Shown here in pieces: positions 1-9,086 of a DNA stretch of 64,000 nucleotides. The translations under genes were made by a program, and so were the position numbers. Each line of letters starts with the position of its first letter. Within the stretch, counting starts at the first letter, position 1. The notes below the pieces were generated by a model. It worked only from the letters and a program-made list of their open reading frames with translations, ran no database searches and was not told where the DNA came from. Source of the DNA: a virus (Duplodnaviria > Caudoviricetes); IMG/VR virus record IMGVR_UViG_3300023178_000006. One strand, 5' to 3'.

Positions 1-2
1 TT

Positions 3-179
3 TATGTTCGTAACAATATACTAAAACATTTTGACGAAAACAAAATAAGATTTTTAGAACACGATGACCGTGAACTCGCTTTCGATGATTTAGCTTTACG
101 TAGAAAGAATTGGGAAGAAGGTCGTTCTTTTATGATGTATATTACGAATACAATTGACTGGGACCCTACCAGTTTGTAA
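3..179 (+). CDS. 3' end of a gene entering the window; probable FkbM-type methyltransferase paralogue
   Basis: Frame 3 is open from the edge: YVRNNILKHFDENKIRF...RSFMMYITNTIDWDPTSL* (TAA 177-179). The C-terminus resembles RVFMIYITNW of the 166..888 ORF. Not in the ORF track. Confidence 0.6.
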   Translation, partial: YVRNNILKHFDENKIRFLEHDDRELAFDDLALRRKNWEEGRSFMMYITNTIDWDPTSL

Positions 180-888
180 TGTAAATCATAAACACTCTAT
201 TGTTTGCAATAGTTTCCTTCCAAGAATCAGATAATATTCCTTTCCCTACTTGTTCGTTTTGCCAATTCACTTTATTCTTTTTGGCAAACGGTAATAAGAA
301 ATTTTCTCTCCATTTTGAAAATTTATCTTCACCACCATATTGACCATCTAAATAACAGCGAACTGCGATATGACGAACATTATTAGATAAGAACTCTATG
401 TTGTCTGCAGTTAAGATATTATATTCAGCACCAGATACATCAACCTTTAAGAAATCGATTTGTTTTAATTGTTGTTCTTCACATAGTTGAAGTAAAGAAA
501 TCAATCGAGGTTCTTCAAACTTTTCTTGTACTATTGCACTACGAAATATATTCGCGGAATCCATATCGACTTTTCCTACTGCAGCATTAATAGGAATAAC
601 CCTTTGTATAGTGTGGTCTATAATATAATCACTTACATTTTTAATTGCAACCTTAAGTAAATCACGATTAGGTTCAATCATATAAACTTTGTCCGCACCT
701 TTATCGAGAGATGCTGCAGCAAATAAACCAATATGAGAACCAATATCAACAACGACATCTCCTGGGAGTACTTCATACCACCAGTCAAAGTCTTTTCTTA
801 TAAAGGTTTGCTCAAAAACTTGGTTGACTTGATGAAGTGACAGACCTGTCGTATCAAGTTCGAAATTAAGAGCTTTAGGGTTTAACAT
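166..888 (-). CDS. FkbM-family SAM-dependent methyltransferase
   Basis: Motif I VVDIGSHIGLF, acidic MIEPN, and IDFLKVDVSGAE (FkbM-type K.D.EG.E variant). Confidence 0.75.
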   Translation of the reverse strand: MLNPKALNFELDTTGLSLHQVNQVFEQTFIRKDFDWWYEVLPGDVVVDIGSHIGLFAAASLDKGADKVYMIEPNRDLLKVAIKNVSDYIIDHTIQRVIPINAAVGKVDMDSANIFRSAIVQEKFEEPRLISLLQLCEEQQLKQIDFLKVDVSGAEYNILTADNIEFLSNNVRHIAVRCYLDGQYGGEDKFSKWRENFLLPFAKKNKVNWQNEQVGKGILSDSWKETIANNRVFMIYITNW

Positions 889-950
889 ATTATATCCTCA
901 CACAATGAATAAATAAACTAAAAATCAATTACAATATAGGAATTCTATAA

Positions 951-1439
951 GTGCCGATTAATAACTATTTATCTACTGGAGGCTTTGCAATCAAGATTGC
1001 GAGGTTGCCTAATGTGGAGTTTTTCAGTCAGAAGGTTTTAGTACCTGGTGTGACTGCAAACCCTGTTGAAACTCAAACACCTTTGAGAAAGTTCTACAGC
1101 GTGCCTGACCATTTAAATTATGCTGACTTAGATTTAACGTTTATCATTGATGAGAATATGGAAAACTATCGTGAGATTTACGAATGGTTAAAGGGCATTG
1201 GTACACCAGATAATTTAGAGCAATATGATAAATTAAAGAACAGTGTAGATGGTGACCAGTCAGATATAACTATTATGTTATTGAACTCTCATAAGAATCC
1301 TAATATAGAATTCACATTCTCAAACGCATTCCCAATAGGTTTAACACCTATATCACTTGACCTCGCTCAACAAGACGTTGTATATGCAGAAGCAACGGTT
1401 ACTATGAGATACGATGCTTTTGACATTAAGAAAATGTAA
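951..1439 (+). CDS. gp3: Tail completion / tube terminator protein (T4 gp3-like)
   Basis: NYLS..GF..KI..LPNVEFF..KV.VPG and LTFIIDENMENYREIYEWL pattern of T4-like gp3; GTG start. Confidence 0.75.
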   Translation: MPINNYLSTGGFAIKIARLPNVEFFSQKVLVPGVTANPVETQTPLRKFYSVPDHLNYADLDLTFIIDENMENYREIYEWLKGIGTPDNLEQYDKLKNSVDGDQSDITIMLLNSHKNPNIEFTFSNAFPIGLTPISLDLAQQDVVYAEATVTMRYDAFDIKKM

Positions 1440-1450
1440 AAGGAGTTATT

Positions 1451-1699
1451 TTGCAAAAAATAATTGAATGGTGGAAGAAAGTTATTTACGAGGAGTACCA
1501 CCTTACAGTATGGTATCAAAAAGAAGCGACCATCTCAAAAGAAGGTGTAAAAACCATCACACGAAGTAAACACGAATATAAACTCAAAAAGATTACTAAG
1601 AAATCGCCTAATCATATTGTAGGTAAAGATATTAATGGTAGAGCTTTTGAGATACGTACCGTGGAACCTTTCGATTACCAAATCAGAAAAATATACTAA
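1451..1699 (+). CDS. Hypothetical protein
   Basis: 82-aa ORF, TTG start after AGGAG. Confidence 0.6.
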   Translation: MQKIIEWWKKVIYEEYHLTVWYQKEATISKEGVKTITRSKHEYKLKKITKKSPNHIVGKDINGRAFEIRTVEPFDYQIRKIY

Positions 1700-1706
1700 T
1701 CAACAG

Positions 1707-1735
1707 TTGACAAATGCTATTTTTTATGGTATAAT
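1707..1735 (+). promoter_or_regulatory. Sigma70-type early promoter for uvsY-uvsW
   Basis: TTGACA 1707-1712, 17-nt spacer, TATAAT 1730-1735. Confidence 0.85.
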
Positions 1736-1772
1736 AGTACCGTTAATAAAAGCATAGTTGGATTTTTAAATA

Positions 1773-2210
1773 ATGGATACAAATCAAATTTCAGAAATAT
1801 GGGCAAAGGATGCTCCCATCGACGAAACAAATTTAGTTGGTGAAAGTAAGCGCATTCCTTTATTACATAGTAAATACTATAACATGTATTACAAAGAAGT
1901 TTTACGTGTTAAAAAACTCAGAGCAGAATATAAAGAACTTGAAAGATTAAAGCGTGAGTATTACGATGGTTCAATGGACCAGGAAACACTTAATGAACAG
2001 GGTTGGAAACCTTTTCAGTTAAAAGTTTTACGTAATGACTTGGATAAATATATTCAAGCGGATAAGGATATTATTAAGTTAAGTTTAACGATTGACTTTC
2101 ATTCCGCGAACGCGAACTATTTAGAAGATATTATTAAAACGATACACAGCAGAAATTTCGTTATTAAGAATATGATTGATATTCTAAAGTTCCAAGCTGG
2201 AGATTATTAA
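1773..2210 (+). CDS. uvsY: Recombination mediator UvsY
   Basis: W.KD..ID..NL..ES..IP.LHSKYY signature; lies upstream of uvsW. Confidence 0.85.
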   Translation: MDTNQISEIWAKDAPIDETNLVGESKRIPLLHSKYYNMYYKEVLRVKKLRAEYKELERLKREYYDGSMDQETLNEQGWKPFQLKVLRNDLDKYIQADKDIIKLSLTIDFHSANANYLEDIIKTIHSRNFVIKNMIDILKFQAGDY

Positions 2211-2443
2211 TGATAAAGTGGTTTCAAAAATTAATTGAGAAACCTTTAGAAGAGAATAAGGTCGACCAAGCATTAATGCATAATCTTCCCGTGATGGAAG
2301 AAGAGTCAGACCCAGAAGATTTAACCTTAGAAAACGCGTATCGTACGAGATGGATTTGGTACCATACTATTCTAGCAATACTTATCTTCTTTACGAATTT
2401 AATACTATTTGGTATTTTTATTTTATTAGCAATTAAGTTATAA
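2210..2443 (+). CDS. Small membrane protein
   Basis: 77 aa with a hydrophobic C-terminal helix; start overlaps the uvsY stop. Confidence 0.6.
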   Translation: MIKWFQKLIEKPLEENKVDQALMHNLPVMEEESDPEDLTLENAYRTRWIWYHTILAILIFFTNLILFGIFILLAIKL

Positions 2444-2446
2444 ATT

Positions 2447-3940
2447 ATGAGCGAAGTGATTAACGTCGAACACATTAATAGTGTACACATGAAAGTGACT
2501 GCCGATGGTGGTGTTCGTCAAGAAATCGCTCAACACTTTTCTTTCCGACCTGAAGGTTGGCAATTCCACCCAAAAGTTAAAATGCGAGTTTGGGATGGAT
2601 ACATTCATTTATATCAACCATTAAGACCTAAACTATACGTTGGTCTATTTCCACACCTCAAAAAATTCTGTGACGATAGAGGTTATACTCTTAATGCACC
2701 AGATAATATTGGGTTAGATGAACAGATTGATGATGATTACGGTATACAACTTGCAAAAGAAATCGATTGTAAGTTTACTCCACGTGATTATCAAAACGAA
2801 TATATCGTTAACGCTTTACGTAAAAGACGTTCACTATCATTAAGTCCTACATCTTCTGGTAAATCATTAATCATTTACTTAATTCAACAACACTACTATC
2901 AAGCATTCGGTCATCGTACTTTGATTATCGTTCCGACAATTGGATTGGTACATCAAATGGCTGGTGACTTTAAAGATTATGGATGTGACCCAGATATTAT
3001 ATACACTATTCAAGGTGGTGTTGATAAGAACACAAAAGCACCTATCGTAATTTCAACGTGGCAATCTCTCACTAAACAACCTAAGGAATGGTTTGACCAA
3101 TTTAGAGTAGTGATGGGAGATGAAGCACACACTTTCCAAGCGAAGTCACTTACGACAATTATGGAAAAACTTACGAACTGTGAGTATCGACATGGATTTA
3201 CTGGTACACTCAAATCCTCAGAATCAAAAACTCATAGGTTAGTATTAGAAGGTTGCTTTGGTCAAGTAAAGAAAATCATTAACACAAAAGAACTCATGAA
3301 CAAGGGAACAGTTGCGGACTTCAAAGTTAAAGCAATCGTTCTATCACACAACAACGATGCTCGTAAAACATTTAAGGACGCGATTAATAAGGTCAAAGAT
3401 AAAGTGAAGAAGTGGCCGGCTGAAAGAGAGTTTATCGTTAATCACGAAAAGAGAAACAATTTTATTAAGAACTTAGTACATAGTCTCGAAGGTCAGAATA
3501 ATCTCATATTATTTGATTTGGTTGAGAAACATGGTAAGGTCTTAGAACCCTTGCTTCGCAAGGACGGACGTCAATTACATTTCATCTATGGTGGAACATC
3601 AGGTGAGGAGCGCGAAAACATTCGACATCTTGTTGAGAATGACAAAGAAAAAAGACACGACATTCTCGCAAGTTATGGAGTCTTCTCCACTGGTGTGAAT
3701 TTAAAAAGATTAGATAATGTAATTTTTGCTTCAGGGTCGAAGTCTGAAATTAAGGTACTACAATCGATTGGTAGAACGTTAAGGAAAGCTGATGATTCGA
3801 AAGAAGCGACTTTATATGATATCGCGGACGACCTTTCTGTGGGAAGTTTTGAAAATTATACTTTGAAACACTTCAGGAAGAGGATTGATATCTACGGGAC
3901 GGAAGAATTCCCGTTTAAAATTTATACTGTGGAAATTTAG
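2447..3940 (+). CDS. uvsW: SF2 DNA helicase UvsW
   Basis: PRDYQ, SPTSSGKS, DEAH, GFTGT and LQSIGRTLR helicase motifs; T4-like context. Confidence 0.92.
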   Translation: MSEVINVEHINSVHMKVTADGGVRQEIAQHFSFRPEGWQFHPKVKMRVWDGYIHLYQPLRPKLYVGLFPHLKKFCDDRGYTLNAPDNIGLDEQIDDDYGIQLAKEIDCKFTPRDYQNEYIVNALRKRRSLSLSPTSSGKSLIIYLIQQHYYQAFGHRTLIIVPTIGLVHQMAGDFKDYGCDPDIIYTIQGGVDKNTKAPIVISTWQSLTKQPKEWFDQFRVVMGDEAHTFQAKSLTTIMEKLTNCEYRHGFTGTLKSSESKTHRLVLEGCFGQVKKIINTKELMNKGTVADFKVKAIVLSHNNDARKTFKDAINKVKDKVKKWPAEREFIVNHEKRNNFIKNLVHSLEGQNNLILFDLVEKHGKVLEPLLRKDGRQLHFIYGGTSGEERENIRHLVENDKEKRHDILASYGVFSTGVNLKRLDNVIFASGSKSEIKVLQSIGRTLRKADDSKEATLYDIADDLSVGSFENYTLKHFRKRIDIYGTEEFPFKIYTVEI

Positions 3941-3971
3941 ATACTAATATATCTTTAAGGCTGGTAGCCTA

Positions 3972-4000
3972 ATTATACCACAGCATTTTAGAGTTGTCAA
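3972..4000 (-). promoter_or_regulatory. Sigma70-type promoter on the minus strand, firing antisense into the uvsW 3' end
   Basis: Reverse complement reads TTGACA (4000-3995), N17, TATAAT (3977-3972). The upstream CACTTTTTT..AAAAACAG matches the element upstream of the 13932 promoter. Confidence 0.7.
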
Positions 4001-4048
4001 CTGTTTTTTGCAAAAAAGTGAAAATAATTGCATATTTTAACAAAAAGG

Positions 4049-4077
4049 TTGACATTTCGGTCATTCTGTAATATAAT
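4049..4077 (+). promoter_or_regulatory. Sigma70-type early promoter for gp55
   Basis: TTGACA 4049-4054, N17, TATAAT 4072-4077. Confidence 0.85.
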
Positions 4078-4107
4078 TTACGGATATTATAACATGGAGA
4101 ACATGAC

Positions 4108-4602
4108 ATGGCAAAGAAAAGAAACTATGTCAATAACAAGGACTTATTACAAGCCTTAATTGATTATAGGGACGCTGTGAAAGAAGCGGAAGATTCTGGT
4201 GAGCCAACACCTCAAGTTCCCGAGTACATAGGTAAGTGTATCTTGTTAATATCAACGAGACTCGCAACTAAACCAAACTTCTCAGGATACTCATACAAAG
4301 AAGAGATGATTTCAGATGGAATTGAAAATTGTCTGCAGTACTTGCACAACTTCAATCCAGATAAATCTCAAAACCCATTCGCTTATTTTACGCAAATCAT
4401 TTGGTACGCATTCTTAAGACGTATTCAAAAAGAGAAAAAGCAAACTTACATCAAATTTAAAGCATCACAAAATATGTTAACTCAGGCGATTATCAATGAT
4501 AGTTCTGACCAGAACATTCAAATGCAAGAACCACCTGAATATATTAGTGAGTTTATTGATGACTTCGAAAACAAGTTAAACAAAAATAAAAAAGGAAAAT
4601 AA
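4108..4602 (+). CDS. gp55: Late-transcription sigma factor gp55
   Basis: NYVNNKDLL, LATKPNFSGYSYKEEMISDGIENC and NPFAYFTQIIWYAFLRRI. Confidence 0.93.
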   Translation: MAKKRNYVNNKDLLQALIDYRDAVKEAEDSGEPTPQVPEYIGKCILLISTRLATKPNFSGYSYKEEMISDGIENCLQYLHNFNPDKSQNPFAYFTQIIWYAFLRRIQKEKKQTYIKFKASQNMLTQAIINDSSDQNIQMQEPPEYISEFIDDFENKLNKNKKGK

Positions 4603-5031
4603 ATGAAAGTATTAGTCTTTGGACTTCCGGGTTCAGGCAAAAGTACGTTATCAGAACCACTCGCTGAGTTGGTTGAAGGTGTCTGGTTAAATGCAGACGC
4701 AGTAAGAGAAGAATATGATGATTGGGACTTCAGTGATGAAGGTCGTATGAGACAAGCAATGAGAATGAAATATCTTTCGGATGGTGTCTCTAAAGCGGGG
4801 AAGATTGCGATTACAGATTTCGTTTGTCCGTTCCAAAAAGCACGTGACGAGTTTAAACCAGATTATACAATTTGGATGAACACAATCAAAGAGGGAAGGT
4901 TTGAAGATACAAATAAAATTTTCGAAAATCCTGAAGAAGCCGATTATATCGTTGATGCATTTAGACCTCAAGAAGAATTGAAGTTAGAACCAATCTTAGA
5001 AAGGGCATTTAGAAAATGGCAAGCTCAGTAA
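4603..5031 (+). CDS. Adenylylsulfate (APS) kinase-like P-loop kinase
   Basis: GLPGSGKST P-loop, LNADAVR (cf. LDGD.IR) and DFVCP (cf. SFISP). Confidence 0.65.
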   Translation: MKVLVFGLPGSGKSTLSEPLAELVEGVWLNADAVREEYDDWDFSDEGRMRQAMRMKYLSDGVSKAGKIAITDFVCPFQKARDEFKPDYTIWMNTIKEGRFEDTNKIFENPEEADYIVDAFRPQEELKLEPILERAFRKWQAQ

Positions 5032-5237
5032 GTGCTAAAAGACATATTGCGAAAACACTCACGTGGAGAGTATTAGCAACCACTGATACTTTTCTTATCG
5101 CATGGTTAATTACAGGTCAATGGGATTGGGCAGCAGGGATTGCATCAATCGAAGTTGCAACCAAAATGATTCTGTATTATTGGCATGAGAGAGTTTGGTA
5201 TAAACATATAAACTATGGAGTAGAAAGGAATGATTAG
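5016..5237 (+). CDS. DUF2061-like small membrane protein
   Basis: RHIAKTLTWR...K..LYYWHERVW pattern. Confidence 0.7.
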   Translation: MASSVSAKRHIAKTLTWRVLATTDTFLIAWLITGQWDWAAGIASIEVATKMILYYWHERVWYKHINYGVERND

Positions 5238-5655
5238 TCCAGAAGAAGCATTCGATTATAAGAAACCAACAGTTCAAATGTTGGGTAGATGGCAGCCTTG
5301 GCACGACGGTCATACACAATTATTCAAAAAAGCCTTGACAATCACGGGACAAGTTGTTATAATGGTACGTGACGTTTTCAATTATGATGGAGATGCGGGT
5401 GCAGGACGCACAGTAACTCAAGATGATAATCCATTTGGAATGGTACAAGTCATACATGATATTGAAAAAGGATTAGCAGAACACGGTTACTTGAATGGTC
5501 GTGAGTATTTAATATTGGAAGTACCTAACATCGTCGATATATCGTATGGACGAGGAGTTGGTTACACATTTACAGAGCATGATTTAGGAGAAGAAGTACA
5601 TAATATTTCTGCGACAAAGATTAGAGCTCAAATGAGAGAAGAAGGTAAATTATGA
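5230..5655 (+). CDS. HxGH-class nucleotidyltransferase (cytidylyltransferase-like fold)
   Basis: MLGRWQPWHDGH and C-terminal ISATKIR. Confidence 0.75.
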   Translation: MISPEEAFDYKKPTVQMLGRWQPWHDGHTQLFKKALTITGQVVIMVRDVFNYDGDAGAGRTVTQDDNPFGMVQVIHDIEKGLAEHGYLNGREYLILEVPNIVDISYGRGVGYTFTEHDLGEEVHNISATKIRAQMREEGKL

Positions 5656-6254
5656 AGTTAGTATATTTTCCAGACCCAATTTTGGCGAAGGAACTTGAGG
5701 AAGTCAATCTTGAGAATCCAGGATTTGATGCAGTTCAATTAAAGAAAGATATGGTCGAACTTATGATAAGCAAAAAGGGTTTAGGACTCAGTGCTTGTCA
5801 AGTTGGTTTAGACTATAAACTATTTGTTATGGGAGAAGATGCTGAGACCGCGATTATGGTAATCAATCCAGAAATCGTATCAGTCAGCGAAGAACAAGTC
5901 AACGAAGTTGAAGGATGTTTAAGTTTCCCAGATGTATTCATGCAAATTAAAAGACCATCATTCGTAATCGCAAAATGGTTTGACGAAAATATGCAAGAAC
6001 AAACAGGTAAGATTGAAGGTTATGGAGCGAGATGTTTCCTACATGAATATGAACACCTTCAAGGAATTACCTTTAATAAAGTCGTATCTCGTGTAAAGTA
6101 TGAAAGAGCACTTAAAAAGAAAAGTAAGATTGTGAAACAAAGAGGGATGTTAGCTAAGTATCTTTCTATGATGAAACAAACTGAAGACCATAGTGTAAAA
6201 GTTGAAAAGGCTGATGAAGACGTCACGTTAGATTTAAACACAGCCAAGGAGTAG
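5652..6254 (+). CDS. def: Peptide deformylase
   Basis: GLGLSACQVG, EGCLS and HEYEH motifs. Confidence 0.9.
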   Translation: MKLVYFPDPILAKELEEVNLENPGFDAVQLKKDMVELMISKKGLGLSACQVGLDYKLFVMGEDAETAIMVINPEIVSVSEEQVNEVEGCLSFPDVFMQIKRPSFVIAKWFDENMQEQTGKIEGYGARCFLHEYEHLQGITFNKVVSRVKYERALKKKSKIVKQRGMLAKYLSMMKQTEDHSVKVEKADEDVTLDLNTAKE

Positions 6255-6255
6255 T

Positions 6256-7317
6256 ATGAAAATTGCAATCGTCACCGACATTCATATCGGTGCAAGAGGA
6301 GATAGTCGTGTTTTCCACGAAGTTCAAAGAAAGTTTTTCCAAGAAGTATTTTTTCCATACTTGGACGAACATGGTATTACTACCGTATTTGATTTGGGCG
6401 ATACTTTTGATAGGCGTAAATATATTAACTATGTGAGTCTACAAAAGGGTAAGGAATTCTTATTTGACGAGTTAGCAAAAAGAAACATTGATTTCCACGC
6501 TTTAATTGGAAATCACGATACGTATTATAGTAATATGAACGATGTTAACAGCATGAACCTATTACTTAAAGAGTATCCACAATTTACATTATACCAAGAT
6601 GATGCAGAACATCTTACATTAGGTTCAACTAAGTTTTGTATGCTTCCTTGGATTACAAAAGAAAATGCTGAACGTAATCTTAAATTCGTAGAAGAATCCG
6701 ATGCTCATATTCTTATGGGTCACTTAGAAGTAAAAGGTTTCGAAATGATGAGAGGTGCTTTATGTACTCACGGTTTAGATATGAATGTGTTTAAACATTT
6801 TGAGTCTGCATACTCAGGTCACTTCCATCACCCATCACGTTATGGTAATGTAGAATACCTTGGTTCACCTTATGAAATGACTTGGTCTGATTATGGTGGT
6901 AGTAGAGGATTCCACGTTTTCGATACTGAAACTCGTGAGATGATTAAGATTGAGAATCCTAATCGTGTATTCTTCAAAATCGATTATGATGATGAAGAAT
7001 GGACAGTCGACGATGTCGCAAACTTCGATGTAGATAGATATAAAGACACCTATGTAAAAGTCATTATTAAGAATCGTACGAACGCTTACCTGTACGATAT
7101 GTTTATGAATAGGTTAAGTGAATGTGGTGCAGTTGATGTAAAAGCAATTGACGATAACTTAAACCTCGAAACAATTGGTGATGATGAAATACTTGATGAA
7201 ACAAAAGACACTGCCGAACTCCTTTCGGATTATATCGAATCTATCGATACTCAAGTTGACAAGGGTAAAGTAAAACGTGTAATAGATGATTTATATCATG
7301 AGGCGATGAATTTATAA
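6256..7317 (+). CDS. gp47: Recombination nuclease subunit (Mre11/SbcD-like)
   Basis: TDIH, LGDTFD, GNHD and SGHFH phosphoesterase motifs; adjacent to gp46. Confidence 0.92.
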   Translation: MKIAIVTDIHIGARGDSRVFHEVQRKFFQEVFFPYLDEHGITTVFDLGDTFDRRKYINYVSLQKGKEFLFDELAKRNIDFHALIGNHDTYYSNMNDVNSMNLLLKEYPQFTLYQDDAEHLTLGSTKFCMLPWITKENAERNLKFVEESDAHILMGHLEVKGFEMMRGALCTHGLDMNVFKHFESAYSGHFHHPSRYGNVEYLGSPYEMTWSDYGGSRGFHVFDTETREMIKIENPNRVFFKIDYDDEEWTVDDVANFDVDRYKDTYVKVIIKNRTNAYLYDMFMNRLSECGAVDVKAIDDNLNLETIGDDEILDETKDTAELLSDYIESIDTQVDKGKVKRVIDDLYHEAMNL

Positions 7318-9029
7318 TGAGAATAAACTTTAAGAAAGTAAAATACAAAAACATATTATCAACAGGAAATACATTTACTGAAATCGATTTAGGTGATAAG
7401 CCTACCACATTGATTAGTGGTTCAAACGGTTCTGGTAAAAGTACATTACTCGACGCAATCACGTTTGGTCTATATGGTAAACCTTTTCGTAAAGTAAACA
7501 AAGCTCAGCTCATTAACTCTATCAATCAGAAAGGTATGTTGGTTGAGATTTACTTTACTGCAGGTGGAAATAACTTTATGGTTAAGCGTGGTATGAAACC
7601 TAACATCTTTGAGATTTATAAAGATGGTGTGATGATTAACCAGGATGCGGCCAAGAGAGATTACCAAGAACACTTGGAGAGTAATATCCTAGGGATTAAT
7701 TATAAATCCTTTAATCAGATTGTCGTGCTTGGAAGTGCAACGTATGTTCCCTTTATGGAATTACCCGCTCAACAACGTAGAGAAATCATCGAAGATTTAC
7801 TTGACATTCAAGTCTTTAGTACAATGGGCCTATTAGCAAAAGACCAAATGAATTCAAATAAAAACGATATCAATGAGAACCAATACAAATCAGAAGTTGC
7901 TGAAAGTAATATAGCACTCGTAAAAGAAAATAACGATGCTATTCGTAAGATTAAAGAAGTAGAAGTCGATAAGATTAAAGAGAAGATGGTTGTACATATT
8001 GATGCTGTCGAAGAAAAGAATAAAATCATCGATGCTCAAGATGAAATTATCAAAACTCTTTATGATGATATATCAGACAAACCCGACGAGAAACAAAAAT
8101 TCCAAGATGCTACTGACAAGAGAACAGAACTTGAACGTGATAGGTTAGCATTAGAAAAAGAATTATCTTTCTACGAACATAATGATGATTGCCCTACATG
8201 TAAACAGGGTATTGCTCACGATTTTAAAGAAGAAATTACCACGAATCGAAATACACAAAAAGTTGAGATTGAAAAAGGTTTAGTTGATATTGCTGACGTT
8301 ATTAAAACACATCAAGACAGACTGAACTCAATCTCAAAAATAGAAGAACAAATCCAACAAGTAAACTTTAAAATCTCAGAATATAGAGCTGAGATTAAGA
8401 TGTCTAAGAACGCTCTAAAGTCTATGAAGACTGAATTAGAAAATGCTGAACGTGAAGTTGAAGAGGTCGACATTACATCTCTACAAAAACATGAATCAAA
8501 ACTTGAAAAGCTCGTAGAACAACGTAAAGAATTATTAGACCATCATGAAGTATTAGGAATTGTAAGAACAATTCTACAAGACGGTGGAATCAAAGCGAGA
8601 ATCATCAGTCAATATATTCCTGTTATGAATAAACTTATCAATAAGTATTTAGCAGCATTTGACTTATTCGTTGATTTCCAACTAGACGAAAACTTTAATG
8701 AAGTGATACGCTCAAGATTCAGAGATAAATTTACCTATGCATCTTTTAGTGAAGGTGAAAAATTACGTATCACTCTATCAATTATGTTAGCATGGAGAAG
8801 TGTTGCTAAACTACGTAACTCAGTATCCACTAACTTATTAATACTCGATGAAACATTAGATGGTGCACTCGATGGTGTAGGTATCGAAAGTTTGATTGAG
8901 ACACTACACAGTCTAAACAGTGACGATAACATATTTGTTATCTCTCATCGTGGAGACCAGTTTGCAGATAAATTTGACACATCTCTCAAGTTCGATAAGA
9001 TTAAAAACTTTAGTGAACTTGCTGCATAA
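7317..9029 (+). CDS. gp46: Recombination ATPase subunit (Rad50/SbcC-like)
   Basis: GSNGSGKS, CPTC zinc hook, FSEGE signature and LILDE. Confidence 0.93.
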   Translation: MRINFKKVKYKNILSTGNTFTEIDLGDKPTTLISGSNGSGKSTLLDAITFGLYGKPFRKVNKAQLINSINQKGMLVEIYFTAGGNNFMVKRGMKPNIFEIYKDGVMINQDAAKRDYQEHLESNILGINYKSFNQIVVLGSATYVPFMELPAQQRREIIEDLLDIQVFSTMGLLAKDQMNSNKNDINENQYKSEVAESNIALVKENNDAIRKIKEVEVDKIKEKMVVHIDAVEEKNKIIDAQDEIIKTLYDDISDKPDEKQKFQDATDKRTELERDRLALEKELSFYEHNDDCPTCKQGIAHDFKEEITTNRNTQKVEIEKGLVDIADVIKTHQDRLNSISKIEEQIQQVNFKISEYRAEIKMSKNALKSMKTELENAEREVEEVDITSLQKHESKLEKLVEQRKELLDHHEVLGIVRTILQDGGIKARIISQYIPVMNKLINKYLAAFDLFVDFQLDENFNEVIRSRFRDKFTYASFSEGEKLRITLSIMLAWRSVAKLRNSVSTNLLILDETLDGALDGVGIESLIETLHSLNSDDNIFVISHRGDQFADKFDTSLKFDKIKNFSELAA

Positions 9030-9034
9030 AGTAG

Positions 9035-9063
9035 TTGACATTTCACGGTACCTGTGTTATAAT
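9035..9063 (+). promoter_or_regulatory. Sigma70-type early promoter for gp43
   Basis: TTGACA 9035-9040, N17, TATAAT 9058-9063. Confidence 0.85.
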
Positions 9064-9086
9064 GGTACCTCTAACAAAAGTAGATT

